64,000 nucleotides of DNA from Vicinamibacterales bacterium (lineage in GTDB: Bacteria; Acidobacteriota; Vicinamibacteria; Vicinamibacterales; SCN-69-37). Under the pieces are notes generated by a model, which saw nothing but the letters and a program-made list of their open reading frames with translations, did not search any database and had not been told where the DNA came from. The position numbers were made by a program, and so were the translations under genes. Numbering within the stretch: the first letter of the stretch is position 1; every line of letters begins with the position of its first letter. Location of the stretch: assembly GCA_035550595.1 (NCBI GenBank), contig DASZOV010000096.1, forward strand, positions 76,602 through 140,601. The letters run 5' to 3'. Of the stretch, positions 29,504-37,572 are shown in pieces.

Positions 29504-29724
29504 GGTCCGTGCGTCTCGAATAGCCCGCGCGGCGAATCAGCCGCGCCGCTCGGCACGGCCACCGTGGGTCGCGCGATGCCAGTCGCACGTCCTCCCCTCA
29601 GCGGCACGACGGACGTCACGCCGAATCCACCTGGTATTCCTCTTGCTCACGAATGCCGTGCCTCGATCGGAGGCACGTTGCCGACCGCTCCGGCGCTTCG
29701 ACGTCCGCGGTCAGGAGGATCCAC

Positions 29725-29964
29725 ATGTTGCGCGCTGCCATTGAAATTGATGACCGTGTCTGGTTGCGGATCGCCGCGGCCGGCGACGAGGGTGAAGACG
29801 TCGACGAAGACAAGGAGTTGCCGGACGACGACGAAGACGAAGATGACGACCTGGATGAAGACGACGAGGACGAAGATGAAGATGACGAAGAGGAGGAAGA
29901 CGACGAAGACGATGATGATGAAGACGATGATGATGACGGCGGCGACGAAGGGGCGGTGGTGTGA
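29725..29964 (+). CDS. Hypothetical 79-aa extremely acidic protein (50 of 79 residues are D/E); coding status ambiguous
   Basis: The ATG lies 6 nt after a perfect AGGAGGA. The product is MLRAAIEIDDRVWLRIAAAGDEGEDVDEDKELPDDDEDEDDDLDEDDEDEDEDDEEEEDDEDDDDEDDDDDGGDEGAVV. The codon-aligned antisense ORF 29647..30030 encodes a V/I/F/L-rich peptide instead (see findings). Confidence 0.4.
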   Translation: MLRAAIEIDDRVWLRIAAAGDEGEDVDEDKELPDDDEDEDDDLDEDDEDEDEDDEEEEDDEDDDDEDDDDDGGDEGAVV

Positions 29965-30026
29965 GGGGTGAACGTGGGTGACGCGGTGCGCGATGATGAA
30001 GTCGCGCCAGGCCCGTCGAGGCGCGC

Positions 30027-31058
30027 TCAACGAGATGGCGGGTCGCCGTTGGACGTGGCGGGTTCTCGCGGCTCACGCGCGTCGCGCTCGAGTTGCGCGC
30101 GGAACTCTTCGAGGAAGAACACCGGCTTGTCGGCGACGTACGCCAGCTCGCGGCTCAAGACGGGACGCGATGTGACGACGTACACGCGTTTGCCGCGCGA
30201 GCGGAGCAGGTCGACCGCGCGCTCGAAGTCGCTGTCACCCGAGAAGAGAAACGCGAGGTCGTAGTTGTCCGCGGTGTTGATGAGATCGAGGATGAGCTCG
30301 GTGTCGACGTTCGCCTTGAGCACGCGCTCGCCCGTCTCCTGATCGCGGATGGCCTTGACCGCTTTGCGTCGGACGATGAAGTCCGAGTGCGCGAGGAAAT
30401 CGAGATAGCGCTGCTGCAGCGGATCGGACGCCGTGTAGTCCGCGATGTAGTAGTAGGCCGCGTAGAACAGCCCGTGCGCGAGAAAGAAGCTGCGCGCCTT
30501 GCGATAGTCGACGAAGTACCCCGCCATGCGGCCGGCGAGATCCATGTTGGCGCCGTCGACGAACATCGCGACGCGGTCGTTCATGCCGACGACGCGCGAG
30601 GGCGGGATGGGCGCGGGACGGAGGACGGGCTCAGGACGATCGGGTTCGGCGCGTGAAGGCGTCGATGCGGCATCGGCCGCACGTGGCACGGCGGCTGGCG
30701 GTGCGGGACGTGGAGCGTCCACACGCGACACGCGCGAGGGTTCGCTCGCCGGCGTGGCTGGACGCGGCGCCGTCGTCGCGATCCGCGACATGGCCTGACC
30801 GAGGGCCTCGGGGATGACCGGATTGGTCAGCTCCACGCGATCGCGTTCGATGAGCGTCGCGATCGAATACGTGTCGCGGTGCAGCAACCGCACGCGCCAG
30901 CGCTCGCCCTCGCGGACGCGATCGAGATCCTCGCGCCGCACGAGCACGACCTTGCCACCCGGCAACCGCGCAACCTTGCGACCATCGCCCTGCTCATGAA
31001 AGAGCAGCGTCTCCTCGAGCGGCTCGTCGGCGGCGGTATCGGGACGTTCGTCGGCCAT
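30027..31058 (-). CDS. NYN-domain (LabA/DUF88-like, PIN-type RNase fold) protein with an uncharacterised N-terminal domain and a Pro/Ala-rich linker
   Basis: C-terminal NYN motifs are VAMFVDGANMDLA...VDTELILDLI....YDLAFLFSGDSDFERAVDLLRSRGKRVYVV. I chose the ATG at 31058 (MADERPD...). The longer track ORF, running to 31772, reads through the REP elements. Confidence 0.7.
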   Translation of the reverse strand: MADERPDTAADEPLEETLLFHEQGDGRKVARLPGGKVVLVRREDLDRVREGERWRVRLLHRDTYSIATLIERDRVELTNPVIPEALGQAMSRIATTAPRPATPASEPSRVSRVDAPRPAPPAAVPRAADAASTPSRAEPDRPEPVLRPAPIPPSRVVGMNDRVAMFVDGANMDLAGRMAGYFVDYRKARSFFLAHGLFYAAYYYIADYTASDPLQQRYLDFLAHSDFIVRRKAVKAIRDQETGERVLKANVDTELILDLINTADNYDLAFLFSGDSDFERAVDLLRSRGKRVYVVTSRPVLSRELAYVADKPVFFLEEFRAQLERDAREPREPATSNGDPPSR

Positions 31059-31099
31059 GGACGGCGCTGAGCGTAGCAAACCGTCTCGCGAAGCGTCCA

Positions 31100-31515
31100 G
31101 TGACGCGAAGACGCGAATGGGATAACTAAAGAAAAGTTGACACCGCGAGGCCCCGAACGAAGTGAGGGCGCCGAAGCGCGTAGCGCGGGGGTGGGGCCCC
31201 AGCGCCACTGCAAAGAAGATGACTCGCGCGAAGACGCGAAGGGAAACAACAACTAAACAAAGTTGACACCGCGAGCCCCCGAGCGCAGCGAGGGTGGCGA
31301 AGCGCGTAGCGCTGGGGGTGGGGCCCCAGCGCATTGCAAAGAAGATGACTTGCGAGCGCAGCGAGGGCGCCGAAGCGCGTAGCGAGGTGGGGCCCCAGCG
31401 CATTGAAAAGAAAGTCCGCGAAGCCCGCGACGCAGGAGCGGCGCTGAGCGGGGCGTTGGGGGTGGGGCCCCAACGCCAACTAAATAAAGATGACTCGCGC
31501 GAAGACGCGAAGGGT
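31100..31515 (-). repeat. Array of 4 REP/MITE-like elements (types A, A, truncated A, B) with flanking GACTCGCGCGAAGACGCGAAGGG repeats
   Basis: Cores GGGGTGGGGCCCC lie at ~31190, 31316, 31388 and 31461. Unit starts (aagttgacaccgcgag) are at 31134 and 31260. gactcgcgcgaagacgcgaaggg occurs at 31221 and 31492, with a partial copy at 31102. Confidence 0.85.
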
Positions 31516-31518
31516 GCG

Positions 31519-33099
31519 TCAGCCCTGCCGCGCTGCGTCCCGCCGCAGTTGGGCCAGGTCCTCGATCGTGCGTTCGACGTCGGGCGCGCCGGCGGGCGGG
31601 ATCCAGTCCAGGGGCGATCCGGCGGCGATGAGCAGGCGGGCCACTTCGACGTGATCGGCGCCGGACGGCGCGTGCCGGCGGCCTTCGACGGCCCAGACGA
31701 GCGGCGTGGCCGCGAACATGCCGTCGCGTGCGCTGACGTCCGCGCCCGCGGCGAGGAGCACGCGGACGGCATCGACGCGGCCGTCCATCGCGGCGCGCTG
31801 CAGCGGCGTCACCTGATCCTTGTCTCTCGCATCGACGTGGAAGCCGCACGCGATCATCGCCTCGATCGCGCGCGCGTCGCCGGCTTCGGCCGCGCGGTGC
31901 AGCATCAGATGATGATCGGGTCGAAGCTCCTCCCGGAGCTCGGGCTGCGCGGCCAGCATCGTCTCGGCGCTTGCACGATCGCCACGCGCGCACGCGGCGG
32001 CGAGGCGGTCGACCGGCGACAGCTCGTCGACGGCACCGTGCGCGAGGAGCCATTCGCCGATGTCGTGGTGACCGTTGAGCTCGGCGATCGTGTGTGGCGT
32101 CGCGCCATCGGCCCGGCGTCGCGAGACGTCCGCGCCATGTGAGACGAGGCGCTCGATCATGGCCACGTCCCATCGCCGCGCGGCGACGTGCAGTGGCGCC
32201 TCGCCGGCATCGCCCCACGCGAGGTTCGGATCCGCGCCGTGATCGATCAGCCAGTACAGACCGGCGGGTGGCCGCGCCCACTGCAGGATGTGCAGGAGCG
32301 GCGGCACGCCGCCCGGGATGCCGTCGACGTTCGCGCCGTAGCGCAGGAGGAGATCGAGCACGGGCAGATTGCCGCCGCCGCCCGCGATGTGCATCGTGAC
32401 GCCGTCGGTTGGATTCGCGCCGGCGTCGAGCAGCACCTCGGCCAGCGGCAGGTGGCCGATGACGCACGTCGCGCCCCAGAGCGGCGTGCGCGGCAGTTCC
32501 GGATGCCAGTTCCAGTGATATTCGGTGTTCGGATTGGCGCCCCGCGCCGTGAGCGCGCGCGCGATCCGCACGAGGCCGTCGCGCCGTTCGGGCGTGTCGG
32601 CTATCGACGTGTGACAAACGTAGAGCAACGGTTCCCACTCGAGCGGACCGACGATGCGTGTGGCGAGCGACGGCTCGACGCGCAATCGGGACTCGACCGC
32701 ATCGGCATCGCCGAGAACCAGCGCCGTCTCGAACGTTGCCGTCGCGATGGCCGGATGCCGGGCGAGCAGGCGATTCGCGCGCGCCGCTGCGCCGCCCGTG
32801 GCCGCGCGCACGAACGCCTCGACGGCGGCGTCGATCGGCAACGTCCGCGCCTCGACTTCGTCGCGGAGCGCCGGCCACGAGTCGAAGCCGTGCTCGCGCG
32901 CGATGACCGACTGCGCGTCGTGCAAGGCGAGATCGTCGGCATCGATCCGGTCGGCCACGGTGCTGGCGAGCGATGGCAGCTCGGCCGCGAATCGGCGCAG
33001 CGCGTCCACGTCGCGCGACTGGGCTGCGCGCAACAACGACTTCGCCTGCTTCTTCAGTTGTTCGAGATTCGGACGGGCGGGCAGATCACGCGATGGCAT
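31519..33099 (-). CDS. Ankyrin-repeat protein
   Basis: 526 aa from the ATG at 33099, which is preceded by GGAGG. About 8-10 ANK-like repeats are present (G..PL..A......V..LL..GAD/N, e.g. TPLQRAAMDGRVDAVRVLLAAGADVSARD). Confidence 0.8.
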   Translation of the reverse strand: MPSRDLPARPNLEQLKKQAKSLLRAAQSRDVDALRRFAAELPSLASTVADRIDADDLALHDAQSVIAREHGFDSWPALRDEVEARTLPIDAAVEAFVRAATGGAAARANRLLARHPAIATATFETALVLGDADAVESRLRVEPSLATRIVGPLEWEPLLYVCHTSIADTPERRDGLVRIARALTARGANPNTEYHWNWHPELPRTPLWGATCVIGHLPLAEVLLDAGANPTDGVTMHIAGGGGNLPVLDLLLRYGANVDGIPGGVPPLLHILQWARPPAGLYWLIDHGADPNLAWGDAGEAPLHVAARRWDVAMIERLVSHGADVSRRRADGATPHTIAELNGHHDIGEWLLAHGAVDELSPVDRLAAACARGDRASAETMLAAQPELREELRPDHHLMLHRAAEAGDARAIEAMIACGFHVDARDKDQVTPLQRAAMDGRVDAVRVLLAAGADVSARDGMFAATPLVWAVEGRRHAPSGADHVEVARLLIAAGSPLDWIPPAGAPDVERTIEDLAQLRRDAARQG

Positions 33100-33327
33100 A
33101 CGACCTCCATGCTGAAGCCTGTGGTTCGCAGACAGGCAGCACGGCGGTCCTGGTGCCGTGAATCGTGAAACGTGACAGTGGGCTTGGCCCTTCGCGCGAA
33201 CCCGCGGGCGCCTTGTGTGCGCCGGGGCCCACGATGACACCGCCGTCCGCACGTGTCAAATGGCACGCCGTTCGACTAGAGTGCGTAGGCGCGAGCCCGT
33301 GGCTCGCAGCTTCTTCCCGGAGTTCTC

Positions 33328-34353
33328 GTGCCGTTCACATCTCGTGTCGTCATCTGTGCCGCGCTGACCGGCGCGGTGTCCTTCATGGTGCAACATCACG
33401 TCGCCGCCGAGCGGGCGCAGGCGCCTGGTCCGAGCCTCGAGGCGCCGTCCGCCAATCAGCGGCCCGACCTGCCGTCGTGGGCCTACGTGCCGGCGCCGCG
33501 CCACCCGCGGCCGGCTGATGATGGCTCGGTGAAGCACGTGCCGGGCAGCACGAAGGGGTACACGCTCGCGCAAATCAACGACCACTACGACGCGCCGGAC
33601 TGGTTTCCCGACGAGCATCCGCCCGCCCCGCGCGTCGTGCTGCACGGGCGCGAGCCCGCGCACCAAGCGTGCGGCGAGTGCCACCTGGCCAACGGGCGCG
33701 GCAAGCCTGACACGGCAGGCCTCAACGGCCTGCCGGCTCCCTACATCGTCCAGCAGCTCGAGGACTTCAAGGCGGGCCGGCGGCACGCGGCCGTGCCGCA
33801 CATGGGCGTCACGGGCATGATTCCGATTGCCGCGGCCGTCACGCCGGCCGACGCCGAGGCCGCAGCGGAGTACTTCGCCAGCGTGAAGCCGGACAAGTGG
33901 ATTCGCGTGGTCGAGAGCGAAACGGCGCCGAAAACCGAACCGGTCGGGCACCGGCTCGTCCAGGTTCCTGGCGGCGGCGTCGAGCCGCTCGGCGACCGGA
34001 TCGTCGAACTGCCTGAAAACGAGGCGCTCACCCAGCTCCGCGATCCGAAGTCCGGCTTCGTCGCCTACGTGCCGGTCGGCAGCCTGCGACGCGGCGAACG
34101 GCTCGTGAAGCTCGGCGGCAACGGCAAGACGACCCCGTGTACGACGTGTCACGGGATGGATCTGCGCGGCCTCGGCACGCTCGTGCCGCCCATCGCGGGC
34201 CGGTCGCCGAGCTACCTCGCGCGGCAGATCTATGACATCCAGGCGGGCGCGCGCGACGGCGCGAACGCGCCGCTCATGCGCGGGCCGGTCGCCAACCTGA
34301 CCGATCGGGACATCATCGACATCACCGCGTATCTCGCGTCGCTGCCGCAATAG
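33328..34353 (+). CDS. Dihaem c-type cytochrome (class I, c4-like)
   Basis: N-terminal signal/anchor. Two CxxCH motifs (CGECH, CTTCH), each followed by a distal Met region. It ends ITAYLASLPQ, typical of cytochrome c domains. Confidence 0.8.
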   Translation: MPFTSRVVICAALTGAVSFMVQHHVAAERAQAPGPSLEAPSANQRPDLPSWAYVPAPRHPRPADDGSVKHVPGSTKGYTLAQINDHYDAPDWFPDEHPPAPRVVLHGREPAHQACGECHLANGRGKPDTAGLNGLPAPYIVQQLEDFKAGRRHAAVPHMGVTGMIPIAAAVTPADAEAAAEYFASVKPDKWIRVVESETAPKTEPVGHRLVQVPGGGVEPLGDRIVELPENEALTQLRDPKSGFVAYVPVGSLRRGERLVKLGGNGKTTPCTTCHGMDLRGLGTLVPPIAGRSPSYLARQIYDIQAGARDGANAPLMRGPVANLTDRDIIDITAYLASLPQ

Positions 34354-34400
34354 GCCGCCGCTCCGGGCGCGTGGCGCGACCGCGTGGGAGGAGACGGATT

Positions 34401-34820
34401 ATGGGCTGGATGTTCTACGCGTTCGTGTCGGCCGGGGCCGCGGCCTTGACGGCCATCCTGGCGAAGGTCGGCGTCGAGGGCGTGCCGTCGAATCTCGCGA
34501 CGGCCGTGCGCACCGTCGTCATCGCGATCTTCGCCTGGGCGATCGCGATTGCCGGCGGGCAGCATCGCGCGCTCGCCGATCTGCCGCGGCGGTCGCTGTG
34601 GTTTCTCGTCCTGTCGGGCGTGGCGACCGGCGTCTCGTGGCTCGCATACTTCCGCGCGCTGCAGCTCGCGCCGGCCTCGCGCGTCGCGCCGATCGACAAG
34701 CTGAGCCTGCCGCTGACCGTCGTGCTCGCCGCGCTGTTGCTCGGCGAAGCGGTCGGCTGGCGGCTGGGGATTGGCGTCGCGCTCATGACCGTTGGCGCGC
34801 TCCTGACGATTGGCGCATGA
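34401..34820 (+). CDS. EamA-like (DMT superfamily) half-size transporter
   Basis: 139 aa with ~5 TM segments. MGWMFYAFVSAGAAALTAILAKVGVEGV...LSGVATGVSWLAYFRALQLAPASRVAPIDKLSLPLTVVLA. GGGAGGAG lies upstream of the ATG. Confidence 0.75.
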   Translation: MGWMFYAFVSAGAAALTAILAKVGVEGVPSNLATAVRTVVIAIFAWAIAIAGGQHRALADLPRRSLWFLVLSGVATGVSWLAYFRALQLAPASRVAPIDKLSLPLTVVLAALLLGEAVGWRLGIGVALMTVGALLTIGA

Positions 34821-34867
34821 GCGCCGGTGGCGCGGCCGGCCGCGGCGTCCCCGCGAGCGGCGCCGCG

Positions 34868-35680
34868 TCACGCTTCGACCAGATGCGTCGGTCGCGCGTT
34901 CTCGCGTGGCGACGCGTACGCATAGGCGTAGAAGATCGTCTTCGGCCCGCCGTCGATCAGGTAGCCGGTCGTCCGGTCGTTGCCGTTGTCGAGCCGGTAG
35001 CGCACGTGCTCGAAGTCCATGGCGAACCACAGCTTCAGGACGCCGCCGCGCGTCATGGCGAGCAGACGCTGGAGCGGGCTCGTCATCGACGCGTCCGTCT
35101 TGTCGGGCGTCGACGAGAACGTGCCGGACACGGGCGGCGCGAGCCAGCCGACGTCGAAGCTGTCGCCGCCGGGTCCGATGAACGTGTTGAACGTGAAGTG
35201 TCCGGCGCCCTCGAGGAAGACCGGCGCGGCGGGGAAGAGTGACGGCACGCCGGTGAGCATCCACCGCCAGTCGAGCGATCCGTCGACGAACACTTTGCGA
35301 TCGCTGTGGTTCGGCATGCTGAGGCTCGACCACTCGTAGAACTGCCAGTCGAAGCCGAGGCTCGCCCAGAGCACCGTGCGTCCGGCTTCGGGCGCGGGCA
35401 CGTCCCAGCGGAATCCTGGCAGCCCGTCGGCCGCGTTTCGCAGGATCGGGCCGCGCGCGGCAACGCCGGACTCGACCGACAGCAGGCCGCGCGTCGCGCC
35501 GGTGGCCACGGCGGCCGGCCAGAGCTTCTGCAGTTGTGTGGCGGTCGGTCGAGCGGGTACGCGGATCGCCTGCGCCAAGGCAGCCGGACGCGAGGCCGAC
35601 GCCTCATCGCGCGTCGTGGGCTTCGGCGCGGCAGCAGAGCGAGACACGGAACGAGCGCGGGAGGTGCGTGTCGGCGGCAT
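34868..35680 (-). CDS. Hypothetical protein (no recognisable domain)
   Basis: 270-aa ORF with protein-like, aromatic-rich composition (GFRWDVP...LGFDWQFYEWSS...WRWMLTG...FYAYAYASP). Overlapping plus-strand ORFs are Arg/Ala junk. The start is uncertain and there is no clear signal peptide. Confidence 0.5.
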   Translation of the reverse strand: MPPTRTSRARSVSRSAAAPKPTTRDEASASRPAALAQAIRVPARPTATQLQKLWPAAVATGATRGLLSVESGVAARGPILRNAADGLPGFRWDVPAPEAGRTVLWASLGFDWQFYEWSSLSMPNHSDRKVFVDGSLDWRWMLTGVPSLFPAAPVFLEGAGHFTFNTFIGPGGDSFDVGWLAPPVSGTFSSTPDKTDASMTSPLQRLLAMTRGGVLKLWFAMDFEHVRYRLDNGNDRTTGYLIDGGPKTIFYAYAYASPRENARPTHLVEA

Positions 35681-35991
35681 GAGGGGACGACTCCATCGGG
35701 CGCGGCCGCCGGAGGGAGCGCCGGGCGCGCGGTGCGGACCGGGCGATCTGACTCCACTCGGGCCGTCGGGCGCAAGGAGCGACCGCCCGAGTCCGCGCGT
35801 GCGTCCCTTCGGAGCCCTGGGCCTTCAGGCCCAGGGAGAACCGCGTCCGACCCGACGCGCACCCGGTCCGTGAGCGTTTTCAGAAGTTCCTCTCGCGAAA
35901 TTCAGAACCTCAACAGCCGATCGCCAAGCCTTTTCGAGACGGCCGGTGTAGAGTGCGGCGCGGTTGGCCCGTGCGGGCGGAGGAGGCGGCA

Positions 35992-37572
35992 ATGCGGAGG
36001 CCGAAATGGGATAGCGCGTACCTCGCGAGGAGAGTCTCCGGCCTGATCCTGGTCCTGCTGATGGCCGTGGGCGTCCGGCTGGCGCATGCGCAGCCGGCGT
36101 CGCCCTCCCGGCCGAACGTGCTGTTCATCGTCTCGGACGACCTGAATGATGACATCGGCGCCTGGGGCCACCCGATCGTCCAGACGCCAAACCTCGACCA
36201 CTTGGCCGCGCGCGGCGTGCGGTTCCTCCGCGCGTACACGCAGTACGCGCTCTGCAACCCGAGCCGCGCGTCGTTCATGACCGGGCTGCGGCCCGACACG
36301 ACCGGCGTCTACGATCTGCGCACCCACTTCCGGACGAACGTGCCGGACGTCGTCACGCTGCCGCAGATGTTCCGCCACGCCGGCTATTTCGCGGCGCGCG
36401 TCGGCAAGATCTATCACTACGGCGTGCCGTCGGATATCGGCACGAGCGGACTCGACGACCCGGCGTCCTGGGACGTGGTCGTCAACCCGCACGGCGTGGA
36501 CAAAGACGAAGAGGAGCCGCGGCTGACCTTCGCGGGGCCCTCGCGCGCGCTCGGTTCCTCGCTTTCATACTACGCCTCGCCGGCACCCGACGAGGCGCAC
36601 ACCGACGGCAAGGTGGCGACCGAGGCGATCCGGCTCCTCGAGCAGCACAAGGACGCGCCGTTCTTCCTGGCCGTCGGCTTCTATCGCCCACATTGTCCGT
36701 ACATCGCGCCGCAGAAGTACTTCGACCTGTATCCGTCGCTCGACGACATCCCGGTCGCCGAGTACTCCGACTTGCTCCTGCGCGAGTCGCCGACGGCCTT
36801 GCACGGCATCGTCTGGGACGTCCCCGAGCAGGAGCAGCGGGAAGCCATCCGCGCCTACTATGCGGCGATCAGCTTTATGGACGCGCAGGTTGGCCGCGTG
36901 CTCGGCGCGCTCGATCGTCTCGGACTCGCCGACAACACCGTCGTCGTCTTCATGAGCGACCACGGCTATCACCTCGGCGATCACGGCGGCCTGTGGATGA
37001 AGCAGAGCTTGTTCGAGCGTTCGACGCGCACGCCCGTGATCGTCGCCGGGCCTGCCGTCGCCGCCAAGGGGCAGGCGTCTCGCCGCATCGTCGAGCTACT
37101 CGACATCTATCCGACGCTCGCCGCGCTCACCGGCGTGACGCCGCCGGCGGGCTTGCAGGGACGTTCACTCGCGCCGCTCCTTCGCGATCCGAACACCGCA
37201 TGGAACTTCGGCGCGTTGAGCGAAGTGCGGCGTCCGCTTGCGTCCCAGAGTGGCCGAGCCGCGGCCGGCGCCAGACAAGGCGCGCCAGCGACATCGGCGG
37301 CGGCCGGCCGTCGCGGCGGAACCGGCCGCGGTCGAGGCGCGGTCGCGGTCGACCAGGGCTACAGCCTGCGCACGGAGCTGTATCGGTACATCGAGTGGAA
37401 CGATCGGGCTGGCGGAGAAGAGCTGTTCGACGAGATCAACGATCCCGGCGAGGTGCGGAACCTCGCGGGCGAAACGTTCTATACCGACGTGCTCCAGCGG
37501 ATGCGTGGGCTCATGGCGGAGGCGCGCGCGTCGACGCCGGCACGCGCGACCGCTCGGGGGACTCGGCCATGA
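35992..37572 (+). CDS. Cys-type sulfatase (iduronate-2-sulfatase-like)
   Basis: AGGAGG lies 5 nt before the ATG. Signal peptide ...VRLAHAQ. Motifs are NVLFIVSDDLNDD and the formylglycine motif ALCNPSRASFMTG. An RG-rich insert (GRRGGTGRGRG) lies near the C-terminus. Confidence 0.85.
   Translation: MRRPKWDSAYLARRVSGLILVLLMAVGVRLAHAQPASPSRPNVLFIVSDDLNDDIGAWGHPIVQTPNLDHLAARGVRFLRAYTQYALCNPSRASFMTGLRPDTTGVYDLRTHFRTNVPDVVTLPQMFRHAGYFAARVGKIYHYGVPSDIGTSGLDDPASWDVVVNPHGVDKDEEEPRLTFAGPSRALGSSLSYYASPAPDEAHTDGKVATEAIRLLEQHKDAPFFLAVGFYRPHCPYIAPQKYFDLYPSLDDIPVAEYSDLLLRESPTALHGIVWDVPEQEQREAIRAYYAAISFMDAQVGRVLGALDRLGLADNTVVVFMSDHGYHLGDHGGLWMKQSLFERSTRTPVIVAGPAVAAKGQASRRIVELLDIYPTLAALTGVTPPAGLQGRSLAPLLRDPNTAWNFGALSEVRRPLASQSGRAAAGARQGAPATSAAAGRRGGTGRGRGAVAVDQGYSLRTELYRYIEWNDRAGGEELFDEINDPGEVRNLAGETFYTDVLQRMRGLMAEARASTPARATARGTRP

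Noticed and set aside
31100-31515. Possible CRISPR array, given four repeated units in 415 bp.
   Set aside because: The units are ~90-125 bp, heterogeneous (types A and B, one truncated) and directly abutting, with no unique spacers of constant size. Identical units are scattered singly elsewhere in the window. No cas genes are present.
31059-31772. N-terminal extension of the NYN ORF (track ORF 30027..31772, 581 aa).
   Set aside because: The extension is just a read-through translation of the REP array (repeating WGPTP...GGSRC peptides) and of the 3' end of the ankyrin gene region. The ATG at 31058 begins the non-repetitive protein.
33254-33280. TGGCAC at 33261-33266 upstream of the dihaem cytochrome gene as a sigma54 -24 element, or TGTCAA-17-TAGAGT as a sigma70 promoter.
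   Set aside because: The -12 position reads TTCGA (GA instead of the invariant GC), and the -35 candidate is poor. The evidence is too weak to call.
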